A DNA stretch of 54,173 nt, taken from IMG/VR virus record IMGVR_UViG_3300013101_000011, positions 1 through 54,173 of that record; one strand, 5' to 3'. Position numbers and translations under genes: made by a program. Shown here in pieces: positions 1 through 9,898 of the stretch. The notes beneath the pieces were generated by a model that was not told where the DNA came from, made no database searches, and saw only the letters and a program-made list of their open reading frames with translations. The stretch comes from a virus (Duplodnaviria > Caudoviricetes). Every line of letters starts with the position of its first letter. The first letter of the stretch is position 1.

Positions 1-593
1 CCTGTTATTACTACTCGGTAATCACCAATCCCTGGTGCGACTGCTAAGGTGATTGTTACGTTATTAGCATCGTCAATTTCAACGCTGGTAGGAATCTGTA
101 ATGTTGCTGGGGTAGTTGTTAAATCATATACTTGTACAATGACGTCTGTTGTTCCGAGTGAATGAGTAAATTGTTCTGCTGCGACGGCTGTTGTGTTGTC
201 TTGTGCAAATTTTGTTACTGTGCTACTGCTTGGCCCTGACAGATCTACTGTTACACCATTTAACCGTGCATTGAACGCGCCTGCTGCTGTTACCCAAACA
301 TCACCATCGTTCGGAACTGTTGGCGCTACGCCTTCTGCAATGTTTAATCCTGCAGTTGCTGGCGCACTAACCGCGATAGTTAATAATGTAGTCAATACGT
401 TGTCAGTTACGCTTTCGCCATCAAGCGGAGCTTTTAATATTGCCTTAGCTTGTAAGTCTTCGATTTCGGACACAGCAAAGGTAAAGTTTGTACTCGTATT
501 ACCAAAATTGTCTCTGAATCCTTGACTGTCGTTATCAATATCCGCGACAGGATAATCACCGTCGATATTGCTTGGATTTATATTGCTTGCCAT
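1..593 (-). CDS. Putative virion tail/baseplate-associated protein, runs off the left edge
   Basis: ATG at 593 with AGGAG upstream. N-terminus MASNINPSNIDGDYPVADIDNDSQGFRDNF resembles a motif recalled from jumbo-phage structural proteins. Adjacent to baseplate-like genes. Confidence 0.65.
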   Translation of the reverse strand, partial: MASNINPSNIDGDYPVADIDNDSQGFRDNFGNTSTNFTFAVSEIEDLQAKAILKAPLDGESVTDNVLTTLLTIAVSAPATAGLNIAEGVAPTVPNDGDVWVTAAGAFNARLNGVTVDLSGPSSSTVTKFAQDNTTAVAAEQFTHSLGTTDVIVQVYDLTTTPATLQIPTSVEIDDANNVTITLAVAPGIGDYRVVIT

Positions 594-648
594 TATTATG
601 TTAAACTCCTTTCTATTTGTTATATTTATCTAAGTCTATTTATTTTAA

Positions 649-2922
649 TTATGAGAAAATATTAGTCTTAGGGAATTTAAGGAGTTCTTCAGTTATTACG
701 ACTTGACCTAAGGTAGAGCCGAATGTTGTTTCGTCGTTGTCGAGTGTCATCATGTCGTTGTCGAATGTTGTTGCAGGAGCATCGTCTAAATCTGACAGGC
801 TATTATCCCATACATACCGATCAACTTCAAAACCAAGTGTCTTAATATCCCACCCGTAATCGATTATGTTGAATAATATTTGTTGTGCTGTGCCGGGCTT
901 GCAATAAACAAGAGGCACCGCTGTAATAAATCCTAATGTTCTACCATCGGGTTGTGGACTAGTCATCCATTTTGGTAATAGATTGTCGCTAACACTTGTC
1001 TGTCCTATTTGATCTAAGATCCTTAAACGCATATTAGTCAAACTAGCCGGGTACCCAATTAATTGCCCATCACTGTTGTATGTTGGAATGCCTCCTTGTG
1101 CGATAACTTCTGCTGCGGACACATTATTTAATACTAGTTCTTGCCCAATAGATACATCACCTTCTTCTAGGAAGTCAGTCACGTCAGAATAAATTACTTC
1201 ATAAATCAAGTCACCATTTGCATCAAGTGCTTCTGCAATACGCAATTCGTCAAATCCAAATTTTCGTGTATAATGATTTTGCGTCATTGCGGCAGCGTAC
1301 GAAGTTCTACTAGATGGATTCAATCCGTTTACTAATTTAAATCGAACGTCGGCCGCTATTCCGAAATTCTCATCATCTAATCTATATACGTCTTCCCTCG
1401 GCACAAGAGCTGGTTGATCGGTTAACTGATTAAAGTAAATTCTGTCTTGCACTGGAAGATATGATACTAAGGTTAGGGATTCGTAAGGTTCGTTGTTTAC
1501 AGGAGCTACAATAATAGTGAATTCCATTTCGGTATCAATTACGGCAGTTACGTCAACTACCCTAACATCGAAAATAAAAGTGTTATCAAAGGAACCGCCT
1601 AAGTTACTGCAACTTGTATCTGGGCCGGGGCCTCCGTCGATTGTAGTAGCACCACCATCCAATTTAAAGTAATCAAATCTTGGTCGGCCAATAATTAAAC
1701 CCTCGGGTGTTAATGTTAATCCAGGAGGAAGTCGTCCGCCTACTAATGTGTAAGTCATTGCAGTTTCGAAAGTTGGAACAGCTTCAATAAACAATTCACT
1801 AACAGATCCATTGTCTAAACACATAATGGTTGGGTTAGTGAAAGTTAGGGCAGTGCTCAAGTCACCAGTTATTGTCATTGTGAATGTAGAGACGTTACTA
1901 GAGATAGTCGGATCTATAATTTTATATGTGATTATATCAAACGTAAATACTTCTTCCGCATCTACAATTACATCGAGGAATCCATGTATGTATCCGGATT
2001 CTGCATCTAATGCCAAGCTCGGAGGAAGTCCACCACCGGGGTTGCTGAACTCGATTGCATTTGATTCAAAATCATATCCTTCGAATTGGAATGCAAAATA
2101 ATTGTCGTGTAAATATGTACCTAAGTCGCCCTCTGGTGTAGTGACGATCGGATTAATTCCTGTTGATCTGTCTGCTGTGATAGTTGTGTCATCAGCTGTG
2201 ATATCTGTATTGTCTGCAGATAAATTGTATGTGCTTTTTAAGAATATTGAGAATGTTTTTGCATCATATCCAATACCGTCTGTGGTAGATATTGTAAACT
2301 GGTAATTTTTATCAAGTGTGCCTAGTCCGTAGTCGAAACCAAATTCACCAATGTCCTCATCAAACTTCGAACCGTCAAATCCTAAGTCAGTGCCTGCAGG
2401 CAGTGCGCTGACCGGGAAAGGATAACCACGTATGTAAGCTATTCTATCGTTGTCTGGATCTTGTACTAGGAATAATCCCTCGGGCAATACTGCGCCAGAT
2501 ACCGACCATGTTAATACGTTGGCGTCATCTTCGTCAATTGCGTCTAGTTGTATATCAACATACTCGCCGTAATAGAATTCATCTAGTTGGCCCGATGGAG
2601 TTATGATGTGCGGAATTCTTTGACCAGACACTTGCAAAGAAAATGTTACGTCCGATACTTCGTTCGTTGTTGTTGTTGCGCGAATAGTAAATAAGGATGA
2701 CGTATCAACGTCTACCTCTGCAGGCGTACCAACAATTTTAATTGGAAAGCCTGCAATTTGTGTTCCTGAGATATAAATGCCTTCTGGTAAGTCGCCCGCG
2801 ATGTGAGAATATGTTACCACATCCAAATCGGTATCGATCGCTTTAAGCTCGTACTCAAAGAAAATATTTTCCGCAATCGTACCTAAGTTCGAATTACGTA
2901 CCTGCCAGATTGGCTGTCCCAT
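649..2922 (-). CDS. Putative baseplate wedge / Ig-like repeat virion protein
   Basis: 757 aa, acidic, repeated LP(E/P)GL Ig-like modules, C-terminal LPKWMTSPQ...PLVYCKPG segment. Confidence 0.65.
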   Translation of the reverse strand: MGQPIWQVRNSNLGTIAENIFFEYELKAIDTDLDVVTYSHIAGDLPEGIYISGTQIAGFPIKIVGTPAEVDVDTSSLFTIRATTTTNEVSDVTFSLQVSGQRIPHIITPSGQLDEFYYGEYVDIQLDAIDEDDANVLTWSVSGAVLPEGLFLVQDPDNDRIAYIRGYPFPVSALPAGTDLGFDGSKFDEDIGEFGFDYGLGTLDKNYQFTISTTDGIGYDAKTFSIFLKSTYNLSADNTDITADDTTITADRSTGINPIVTTPEGDLGTYLHDNYFAFQFEGYDFESNAIEFSNPGGGLPPSLALDAESGYIHGFLDVIVDAEEVFTFDIITYKIIDPTISSNVSTFTMTITGDLSTALTFTNPTIMCLDNGSVSELFIEAVPTFETAMTYTLVGGRLPPGLTLTPEGLIIGRPRFDYFKLDGGATTIDGGPGPDTSCSNLGGSFDNTFIFDVRVVDVTAVIDTEMEFTIIVAPVNNEPYESLTLVSYLPVQDRIYFNQLTDQPALVPREDVYRLDDENFGIAADVRFKLVNGLNPSSRTSYAAAMTQNHYTRKFGFDELRIAEALDANGDLIYEVIYSDVTDFLEEGDVSIGQELVLNNVSAAEVIAQGGIPTYNSDGQLIGYPASLTNMRLRILDQIGQTSVSDNLLPKWMTSPQPDGRTLGFITAVPLVYCKPGTAQQILFNIIDYGWDIKTLGFEVDRYVWDNSLSDLDDAPATTFDNDMMTLDNDETTFGSTLGQVVITEELLKFPKTNIFS

Positions 2923-2925
2923 GTT

Positions 2926-3318
2926 TTATACATGATCCACTATTGCGGACTTCTTCCAGATCGGACTAGTTGCACCATCGTAGTCTGCAATACAGACATA
3001 CATGAATCCCGTATCCCAGGCTATATCACCTGCGGTGTCGCCTATCGCGCCAACGCCTGTTGCAGGGGTTCTAGTTGTGCTAATATTAATCGTGTCGGTA
3101 TCGAACACAATTATGCCGTTACCGTTTGCTGTTAGGGTTATATCTTCATCTAGAACAGATGGAGTGATATCATTAAGATTGAAAACTAGAGTGCTTGTTC
3201 CAATGCCGGTGATGTATATTTCGTCGAAGTTGTCATTAACTTTATCGAACGCGTCGCGGATAGGATCGCCGGTGTTGTCATTGGCGACCGTTCCTATATT
3301 TATTGTTTGCTGTGCCAT
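2926..3318 (-). CDS. Baseplate/tail protein with T4 gp9/gp10-like N-terminus
   Basis: N-terminal INIGTVANDNTGDPIRDAFDKVNDNF motif; GATAAATA upstream. Confidence 0.7.
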   Translation of the reverse strand: MAQQTINIGTVANDNTGDPIRDAFDKVNDNFDEIYITGIGTSTLVFNLNDITPSVLDEDITLTANGNGIIVFDTDTINISTTRTPATGVGAIGDTAGDIAWDTGFMYVCIADYDGATSPIWKKSAIVDHV

Positions 3319-3362
3319 TAGTTGTAATTACCTCTATAATTACAACTATTTATCGAGAATAT

Positions 3363-3692
3363 TTAAATAATAAACCGCTTGATTGTTACAGTTGGTGTGC
3401 CACCTTGTCCCCATAATCCAATTGGACGATCGGTAGCAATAGTACAAATGAATTCATCTGACCCACCAACTAGAAAACTTGTTGCGTCGGCCGCTGCTCC
3501 AATGTTGACTCTAAAAGGCCCAGTGCCAGTAATGTGTAAAACCACATATGTAGCGCCCGCCCTAGTGTTCGCAGCTCCTGGAATTCCTGCTGCTATATCA
3601 ACTGTTGTGTTTGCCCCAGATGTAATTGAAGCCTCTGTTAGTTCTAAGTATGTTGCCTTTATTGCGCCGGCGTACGCTCCGAAAATTGCCAT
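3363..3692 (-). CDS. Hypothetical protein, possibly virion
   Basis: 109-aa ORF coupled to the upstream gene by TAATG overlap. Confidence 0.6.
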   Translation of the reverse strand: MAIFGAYAGAIKATYLELTEASITSGANTTVDIAAGIPGAANTRAGATYVVLHITGTGPFRVNIGAAADATSFLVGGSDEFICTIATDRPIGLWGQGGTPTVTIKRFII

Positions 3693-4084
3693 TAGTAATT
3701 CCCCCTAGGGCCGCTTCGGCCAGGTGATGGGCGGCTAGGCTCTGGGTCTTGTCCTTCGTAGTCGGACATGTCAAATTCATCACTAAGCTCTTCAATTGTG
3801 TCTTGGACTGTAGTATTTCCGCCGCCCATCCACATGTGGTCATTGTCCAATGCCATCATAATATGAGGATACCAATATGCTTTTGCGCGGTTCTTTGCGT
3901 CACCATTTGGAATAACGTCATACAGTTGCTCAACAAGATCTTTAATCTCTTCTTTAAGCCTTGTCATTTCCTCAGCATCTTCGCCGTACCGTTCTTCGCT
4001 AAGTACAGTTTCGGTAATTTTACGTGAAGGAGAGTTGTCCATCATCTCCATTAGGGTTTTCATTTCGTCGTGCTTGTTAGTCAT
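3692..4084 (-). CDS. Hypothetical protein
   Basis: 130-aa ORF after GATAAATA motif and AGGA SD. Confidence 0.65.
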   Translation of the reverse strand: MTNKHDEMKTLMEMMDNSPSRKITETVLSEERYGEDAEEMTRLKEEIKDLVEQLYDVIPNGDAKNRAKAYWYPHIMMALDNDHMWMGGGNTTVQDTIEELSDEFDMSDYEGQDPEPSRPSPGRSGPRGNY

Positions 4085-4114
4085 AAGTTAAATCCTATTA
4101 TTTAACTTATTTAT

Positions 4115-4459
4115 CTATTTGCAGTTCTCAAGTTCATAATCGTAAATCCTCATCCAATCATATTCCCGTGCAGTAGTGACCACTCCGTCGCTATTGGTAG
4201 AACTGGTGATAGCAATACGAACAGCCACTTTCTCTTTGTGCCTGTTTGACTCGATGACCTGAACCCGGTCTCCTGTAATTACCATACATGCAACATCACC
4301 TTCTTTAAATTCGTGAGTGAATGTTGCCTGCTCTACATTAGCAAGTGCAATGAAAAAGGCCAGGACTAAGCCCCATACTAAAATCTTACCCCAGTGGTCA
4401 CAAAAGAATATGACGAATTCATAAAAGATCTCGTTAAGGTTCCTAAAAAACTTTTTCAT
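4115..4459 (-). CDS. Hypothetical membrane-anchored protein
   Basis: N-terminal hydrophobic helix; ATGA overlap with upstream gene. Confidence 0.6.
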   Translation of the reverse strand: MKKFFRNLNEIFYEFVIFFCDHWGKILVWGLVLAFFIALANVEQATFTHEFKEGDVACMVITGDRVQVIESNRHKEKVAVRIAITSSTNSDGVVTTAREYDWMRIYDYELENCK

Positions 4460-4692
4460 TCTTTATCTCCCGATAGTGTTAACTTCTTCAGCGCAACTTC
4501 TTCAGTAATCCACACAGATTGCTGTGGATCATTCACGCATCGAAAAGTCGTCTGGGCGTTGGCCCATTCCTTGATTCCTGCAAGTCCGCCTTTGTCAGCA
4601 CAATACAGATTGCCAAGTTCGATATCTTTATAATCGACTTTTTGATAACAGCCGGCCAAAGTTAAAAGTGCTGCTATAAATAAAATTCTCAT
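4456..4692 (-). CDS. Putative lipoprotein
   Basis: MRILFIAALLTLAGC lipobox; start reassigned to 4692. Confidence 0.6.
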   Translation of the reverse strand: MRILFIAALLTLAGCYQKVDYKDIELGNLYCADKGGLAGIKEWANAQTTFRCVNDPQQSVWITEEVALKKLTLSGDKE

Positions 4693-4982
4693 TTGTTCTG
4701 TCTCCGTATGATGGCATCTAAACATGCCTGCATGTTATCGCGCCCTGCTGGGTTCGCGGTGTGAAAATTAATTTCTGGAAGTGGGATCATGTTATCGTAC
4801 ACTGCCATTTCGATCCAACACATAATATCGTATCCTGTGGGCTCCCCAACATCGCCCAAATCATGGTCGAGCGACAAATGGGTTATCTTGCCCTCCTTGA
4901 GGACCTTTAATGTTTCTCGCGCATTCCAAGTCTGTTCCCAGCCCTCGGGCGCAATTCTAATGTCGTCTACGTAAAGTTTCAT
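4689..4982 (-). CDS. Cyclic-phosphate-processing receiver-like (cREC) domain protein
   Basis: MKLYVDDIR...SLDHDLG...TGYD...HTANPAG motifs; start reassigned to 4982. Confidence 0.75.
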   Translation of the reverse strand: MKLYVDDIRIAPEGWEQTWNARETLKVLKEGKITHLSLDHDLGDVGEPTGYDIMCWIEMAVYDNMIPLPEINFHTANPAGRDNMQACLDAIIRRQNK

Positions 4983-5622
4983 CTTATATAGAGTGCTATC
5001 AATAGTGGTGAAAAGGATATCCCAACATACATAAAAACTCCAAATAAGAAAGCTATAATGCATGCCGGCGCGCAGGCTTTGCCATTATATGCGAACCAAA
5101 CAAACGATTTTACAATTTCAACCATCATGTCAGTCTCGTTATTGTTTGGTAATCTGTGTCGATGCTTTGACCAACTTCCAATTTGAGCACGTGGTCTTCC
5201 CAAAACCAACGTCCGTCCATTGTAGATCCTTTAACAGTTTTTACACTCGTTAACCAATCTGGCGCAGTGCTTTCGTCAAACCATACCGGTTTCCTGTTGG
5301 GGATAAATCTTGGAATTCTCTCAAACGTTTTCACATCAATCCATTTGTATCCATTAAGTAAAACACCCACCAAACTACAGCGAGTAATCCTGAACAAAAA
5401 ACTGCAAAATTAAAGTCGTCAGTCTCGTCGCGATCTGCTGCTTCGACTATTGCTATCCATAATATGCTTGTCATCCTAATATCTCACGGATGGCCAGTCC
5501 GTACAAACATAGGACAAGCCCCAGGAGGCTCGCCGTTAATAACCAAAGCGGAGCCGCTGCAGAAACATGACGCCAATCTATTCGATTGTATAATTCGAAA
5601 ACCACATTAGACAAAATCATTT

Positions 5623-6081
5623 TCACTTGCTGCGGATATTGTCGAGGTAATGGTAAGCTTCGAGATATTTAACTGTGCGTGTCTTGTCCTTTTCCCGTAT
5701 GCCTTTCATCCTAGTAGGATCCATGTTGTGTTTAAGGTCGCACATTTTGATAATAATGCACATTGGACATTCTGTAATACGTTCGATATAATCCTGATAG
5801 GATTCTCCGGGCTGGTGTGTCATTCTAACAACACCTGCAATCACTTCTTCACAGAAGCCTGCGTTCCGCAATCGTTCCTTAGTCCATTCTGGAATGTCCT
5901 CAAGCAAATCATGCATCACTGCAATTTGCATGGCTATTGAATTCTTTTGGGTGATCTTTCCAACCCGTTCCATTACCGTCAGGCAATGCAGAATGTACGG
6001 AAAGCCACCTTTATCAAGTTTGGCAACAAAGGCAGTTGCTGTTATTTGAATTGCTGTCGCTAGCTCTTTGCCATCTTTCAA
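5623..6081 (-). CDS. HD-domain protein, small (p)ppGpp hydrolase / Mesh1-like
   Basis: DKGGFPYILH, MHDLLED, IKMCDLKHN motifs. Confidence 0.8.
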   Translation of the reverse strand: MKDGKELATAIQITATAFVAKLDKGGFPYILHCLTVMERVGKITQKNSIAMQIAVMHDLLEDIPEWTKERLRNAGFCEEVIAGVVRMTHQPGESYQDYIERITECPMCIIIKMCDLKHNMDPTRMKGIREKDKTRTVKYLEAYHYLDNIRSK

Positions 6082-6096
6082 ATTATTATCCTCTTT

Positions 6097-6366
6097 TTAT
6101 ACTGCCACTTTTACGTATTCAGTTACTGAGATGCACTTCGGACAGATGCCATCGAAATTGGGAGGTCCGTCGACCAATTCATGGTAACTGCAAAGCCCAC
6201 TTCTCGCTTGAGTTAAGTGTTTGCATTTGCCTCGGTATTTGAATCCGGCACAAGTACAAGAATCCGGATCATCGCCGATGGAAACATGTTGAACATAATC
6301 GCCGTGGTGTGTTTGTCTGCTATGGCGATTGCATTGCTGCATGATTTGGATTGTGAAATCCGGCAT
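6097..6366 (-). CDS. SWIM zinc-finger protein
   Basis: CTC-x-GFKYRGKCKH motif. Confidence 0.7.
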   Translation of the reverse strand: MPDFTIQIMQQCNRHSRQTHHGDYVQHVSIGDDPDSCTCAGFKYRGKCKHLTQARSGLCSYHELVDGPPNFDGICPKCISVTEYVKVAV

Positions 6367-6792
6367 TAGTATTCGCCTTCACATTCATAGAAAATGCCAA
6401 TGCCGGAACCGTTTGCGCTAGTCCAACCGGGCTGATGAATTTTGTCGAGATCGATTTCTTCGTACTCTGCAATGCAGCTCTCAGCGCCCCATTTAATTGT
6501 GGCCCGACCGTACCCCAGCTGGTCAATAACACCGTAAGAGAGAGGATGCATCGCACCCCATTCGCCCACAACCTTTGTTCCGATAGTTGGAGTAATCATT
6601 ACGTATTCGCCTTTATGTAGTCTTCAACAAGTGGCATGAGATCTGATCGAAACATCACCCTGTTTGCAATGTCGTCCTGCAGAAACAAATAAGTACAAAT
6701 TTCCTTCTTGTTCCAGCGGTCAACATTTGACGGAGCTCGCAACATATGAAAGTTGATTCGATCGATAATTTCTGCTTTGTAGCATTCTTCGA

Positions 6793-7074
6793 TCATAGCG
6801 AAGCCGTAAATTCAATTGTAAAATCCTGTTTCCGCGCTACACTGCCAGCATCAATTGTTGTGATTGTGATTGTGTGGCGACCGAATTGACCATCGCGCTT
6901 TGCTCGGCGATGATAATAAGTAACGATATCTTTGAAGGACTTCTTCATGAAATGATCGCATCCGCCAAGTAAAGTGCCGTCTGCGAATTTAATTGTGGTG
7001 TCGACTGTGCAGCCGATGCTGTCTGGCTGGTAGTTGATCGCGTAATTTGTGTATAAATCAGTAACAAATTTCAT
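6793..7074 (-). CDS. Hypothetical early protein
   Basis: First ORF after the early promoter at 7100-7139. Confidence 0.6.
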   Translation of the reverse strand: MKFVTDLYTNYAINYQPDSIGCTVDTTIKFADGTLLGGCDHFMKKSFKDIVTYYHRRAKRDGQFGRHTITITTIDAGSVARKQDFTIEFTASL

Positions 7075-7099
7075 ATTTTGGAGACCTGGTTTGTTTAAC

Positions 7100-7139
7100 T
7101 AATACGTGTATTATACAGGTTTGGACAGGTATGTCTACC
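7100..7139 (-). promoter_or_regulatory. Phage early promoter, sigma70-like
   Basis: GGTAGACA...TGTATAATACACGTATTA; the motif recurs across the window. Confidence 0.7.
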
Positions 7140-7160
7140 AATTGATTATGTAGCAAAAGG

Positions 7161-7628
7161 TTAACGTCTGTGGATATTAAGACGACCTTTGAGTTTTTCA
7201 GCATTGAACATTTCCTTATCAATTACCAAATTGAAGTGTGTATCAATATCTTTAAACGTTGCGGCATATGCCGGACTGTTATCAAATATCATATCAATGT
7301 AATGTGCTTCGCAGATTCTTGCTTTGACGCCATCCCAGGATGCGTCCGGCCAAAATTTACCTTCGGGACGTTCCTCGTAGGTTTCGTCGCCCGATTCTAA
7401 CAGGTATGTTTCAACTGAGAAATAATAATGATACCATTCGGTTAGAGTGTGCTCGTTAAGCAAAGCTCTCATTTCTTCGTCTAACGGTTGGCCGGAAATA
7501 ATGTATATTTCATATCCGAAATTATGCATGAAACGCATCATCGCACGATACTCTTCGTGCGTGTCTAAGACTCCGTGTACATCGAATGCTACTTTCATTC
7601 TTCCTCTATCCGTAAATGTGTTTCGCAA
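7161..7628 (-). CDS. HAD-superfamily phosphatase
   Basis: AFDVHGVL, ISG and IFDN motifs; true start probably the MKVAFD Met. Confidence 0.65.
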   Translation of the reverse strand: MRNTFTDRGRMKVAFDVHGVLDTHEEYRAMMRFMHNFGYEIYIISGQPLDEEMRALLNEHTLTEWYHYYFSVETYLLESGDETYEERPEGKFWPDASWDGVKARICEAHYIDMIFDNSPAYAATFKDIDTHFNLVIDKEMFNAEKLKGRLNIHRR

Positions 7629-8019
7629 TATTAAATGCTAACTTTCCATCGTACAGTCCTGCGTGGTTAGCCTTCAGGTATTGCATGGCTTCACCGAAAT
7701 TCTTGGCATCGGTTTTGGGAAGCAATTCGTATAAATCTGCTTCAGTTAATTGTGTTGGAATAAAAGTTTCCAGCAACACGTTTTCGGCCCTAAGGTTAGG
7801 GCAGCCAATTCCGAGATCATCGCTTGCTTCGATTACTTCATCGTTACCAGCAATGAATTTCTTACATGCTGCAATAACAATTGCATCTGTAATCTCATCG
7901 CCTGTGCGTTTTGCGGCACTCTCTAGCTCGCCCAGCAATGTAGTCAGCAAAGTCTTTCCGACGACATCTCTCGCCTTCATTGCTGCCATTCTGTCTTTTC
8001 GTATTTTTTCTATTAACAT
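7606..8019 (-). CDS. GatB/YqeY domain protein
   Basis: DRMAAMKARD...LLGEL...ETFIPTQLTE...YDGK pattern typical of YqeY. Confidence 0.8.
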   Translation of the reverse strand: MLIEKIRKDRMAAMKARDVVGKTLLTTLLGELESAAKRTGDEITDAIVIAACKKFIAGNDEVIEASDDLGIGCPNLRAENVLLETFIPTQLTEADLYELLPKTDAKNFGEAMQYLKANHAGLYDGKLAFNIAKHIYG

Positions 8020-8074
8020 TTTCTTTTCCTTTTAACCAGACACAAGGGGCCCGCAAGCCCCCTGCGACTAAGGC

Positions 8075-8635
8075 TTATTTAACTTGATTCAAAGCGTTAT
8101 TTGAGATCTTGGAGTAGAAGTTGATCAAGTATGTCTTAACCAATTGCACTACCATGTCGTAAATATCGCCCAGGACATTTTCAATGACACTAAACGGCCA
8201 AATCAAAATCCATTGTACAAGACGCGTAATGTTTTCGCCGGGATCAACTCGATCCTTCAGTCTGTCGAAATCCCTCGCCATTTCGCGTTCCATACGCTCA
8301 CGTTCGCCGGGGTCGGTGAAGTTGTTTTGCGCATACACCAATGTCTTTTGTTCGTTGTGTTCTTCAACCAGGTCTGCGCAGAAACGCTTCCAACGATAAA
8401 ACGACCAGCAAATGCCAATTGGAATCCATGCCGCCATACTGATCAGTAAGGTCATCAGATCGATCGTAAATACATTGTAGGTGATAAAGGCTAATACGAA
8501 TAACCAGGCAATTGCCCATGCTTCGCTTTCTTCGTGAACTAGCCATAATACGAATAAGGCTACAATGCCCATTCCCCAAAAACTAAAAAACACGGCAAGG
8601 CCCATGAGCCAGCCAGCTTCAAAAAATGCCATCAT
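8075..8635 (-). CDS. Hypothetical multi-pass membrane protein
   Basis: Several hydrophobic helices; start reassigned to MMAFF with GAGG SD. Confidence 0.65.
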   Translation of the reverse strand: MMAFFEAGWLMGLAVFFSFWGMGIVALFVLWLVHEESEAWAIAWLFVLAFITYNVFTIDLMTLLISMAAWIPIGICWSFYRWKRFCADLVEEHNEQKTLVYAQNNFTDPGERERMEREMARDFDRLKDRVDPGENITRLVQWILIWPFSVIENVLGDIYDMVVQLVKTYLINFYSKISNNALNQVK

Positions 8636-8707
8636 CGTTCTGTCCTCTATTAAGTAATGTGAATATGTATTGTAACATAGTGCCTGGGCCGGCACTACGT
8701 TTTTGGT

Positions 8708-8784
8708 TGGAGCCCTCGAGGAGATTTGAACTCCTACTTGGTCGGTTAGGAACCGACCGCACTATCCATTTATGCTACAAGGGC
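8708..8784 (-). tRNA. tRNA-Arg(CCU)
   Basis: Cloverleaf; anticodon arm GTCGG-TTCCTAA-CCGAC; encoded CCA. Confidence 0.9.
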
Positions 8785-8792
8785 ATTTTGTT

Positions 8793-8867
8793 TGGAGCTC
8801 TCTGTGAGAATTGAACTCACGTCACATCCTTACCAAGGACGTATAATTGCCATTATACTAAGAGAGC
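8793..8867 (-). tRNA. tRNA-Thr(GGU)
   Basis: Anticodon arm CGTCC-TTGGTAA-GGATG; encoded CCA. Confidence 0.9.
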
Positions 8868-8868
8868 G

Positions 8869-9240
8869 TTATTTAAATCCGTATTCTTGTTTGGTGTTGA
8901 TTAAAACTTGATGGCCGATCCTGCTCACTAACCATAATGTTTGCAGATCGTGTTCTTGCAAGGAAACTGTGTTCCCCATTGACAGCTTCATTCCGCCTGG
9001 GTAATATTTTCTGTCGTAGTGACTTTCTTGGCCGATCTTTCCATAAAGCGTTCCGCCACGGACATCTTTTGTTAGTTCGATAACTATTCGTTTTAGCCTA
9101 GGCTTAATAACTATATCGCCATGCCAGGGATTGTTTATTTCCTCGGGAGTCATTTTAAGGATAGCAATCAATATGTCTTGTTCGAGAACTTGATCCTCGA
9201 ATTCATGTATTTTGCCATCTTCCCATTTAATAATTGACAT
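8869..9240 (-). CDS. Hypothetical protein within tRNA operon 1
   Basis: 123-aa ORF after a TAAATA motif. Confidence 0.6.
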   Translation of the reverse strand: MSIIKWEDGKIHEFEDQVLEQDILIAILKMTPEEINNPWHGDIVIKPRLKRIVIELTKDVRGGTLYGKIGQESHYDRKYYPGGMKLSMGNTVSLQEHDLQTLWLVSRIGHQVLINTKQEYGFK

Positions 9241-9445
9241 ACAAGTATTTATCTTTCATAATTGGTACCACTGCCTTTAAAGCTGCCAATTGTTCTCGTT
9301 GTTTCTTCCTACGATTCCGTTTACTTTTTATGTTTCGTCCTTTCCATGTAGGTGTAATACTATGACAATTAGGGCAGAGAATTCTTAAATTTTCTCGGCG
9401 ATGATCTTCATAATCGAACCTCGTCGTTGTTATGATATTTATCAA
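9227..9445 (-). pseudogene. HNH endonuclease remnant, C-terminal part only
   Basis: ENLRILCPNCHSITPTWKGRN present; N-terminal CxxC and HNH start missing; no good start codon. Confidence 0.6.
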
Positions 9446-9470
9446 GGTTCGAATAGAGGATGATTTTAAT

Positions 9471-9561
9471 TGGTACTAGGCGGAGGAATCGAACCTGCAC
9501 CAGGGGGTTATCTGCCCAATCCGTCTATAAAACGGCCCACTCGCCACGAGTTACGCCTAGC
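9471..9561 (-). tRNA. tRNA-Ile(UAU), atypical, long variable arm
   Basis: Acceptor GCTAGGC/GCCTAGT; loop TT-TAT-AG; ~20-nt variable region; TTCGATT; ACCA. Confidence 0.7.
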
Positions 9562-9569
9562 ATTATTAT

Positions 9570-9668
9570 TGAGCCCTCCGGGGGTATCGAACCCTCTAGA
9601 ATATTCCTTCTCCCAATTCAACTATGCCGGCTGTTGAACGTGGCGCATTACCTTTATGCTAGAAGGGC
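9570..9668 (-). ncRNA. tRNA-like RNA with extended non-canonical anticodon arm
   Basis: Acceptor, D arm and TTCGATA T loop present; centre is a TTCAAC-N10-GTTGAA hairpin; no CCA. Confidence 0.5.
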
Positions 9669-9675
9669 ATTAATT

Positions 9676-9751
9676 TGGTGGGCCCCCGGAGACTTGAACT
9701 CCGCCCTAGCGATTATGAGTCGCTTGCTCTCGCCCGGTGAGCTATGGGCCC
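9676..9751 (-). tRNA. tRNA-Ile2-type (CAU)
   Basis: Anticodon arm AGCGA-CTCATAA-TCGCT, like the bacterial lysidine tRNA-Ile2; CCA. Confidence 0.85.
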
Positions 9752-9760
9752 AAATATAAC

Positions 9761-9818
9761 AGGATAGAATTTTATTTGATTAAAAGTCAAGTTGGTTTTG
9801 AGTTGCTGTTACTATCCT
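9761..9818 (-). ncRNA. Small RNA carrying a tRNA-Lys(UUU)-like anticodon stem-loop
   Basis: AGGATAG...CTATCCT closing stem, ACAGCAA segment, TTGA-CTTTTAA-TCAA hairpin. Confidence 0.5.
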
Positions 9819-9823
9819 AAAAC

Positions 9824-9898
9824 TGGTAGTGACGGTTGGAATTGAACCAACGACATGCTCCTTATGAAGGAGGGGCTTAACCATTCAGCTTCGTCACC
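9824..9898 (-). tRNA. tRNA-Met(CAU)
   Basis: Loop TTCATAA within CTCC/GGAG stem; CCA. Confidence 0.85.
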
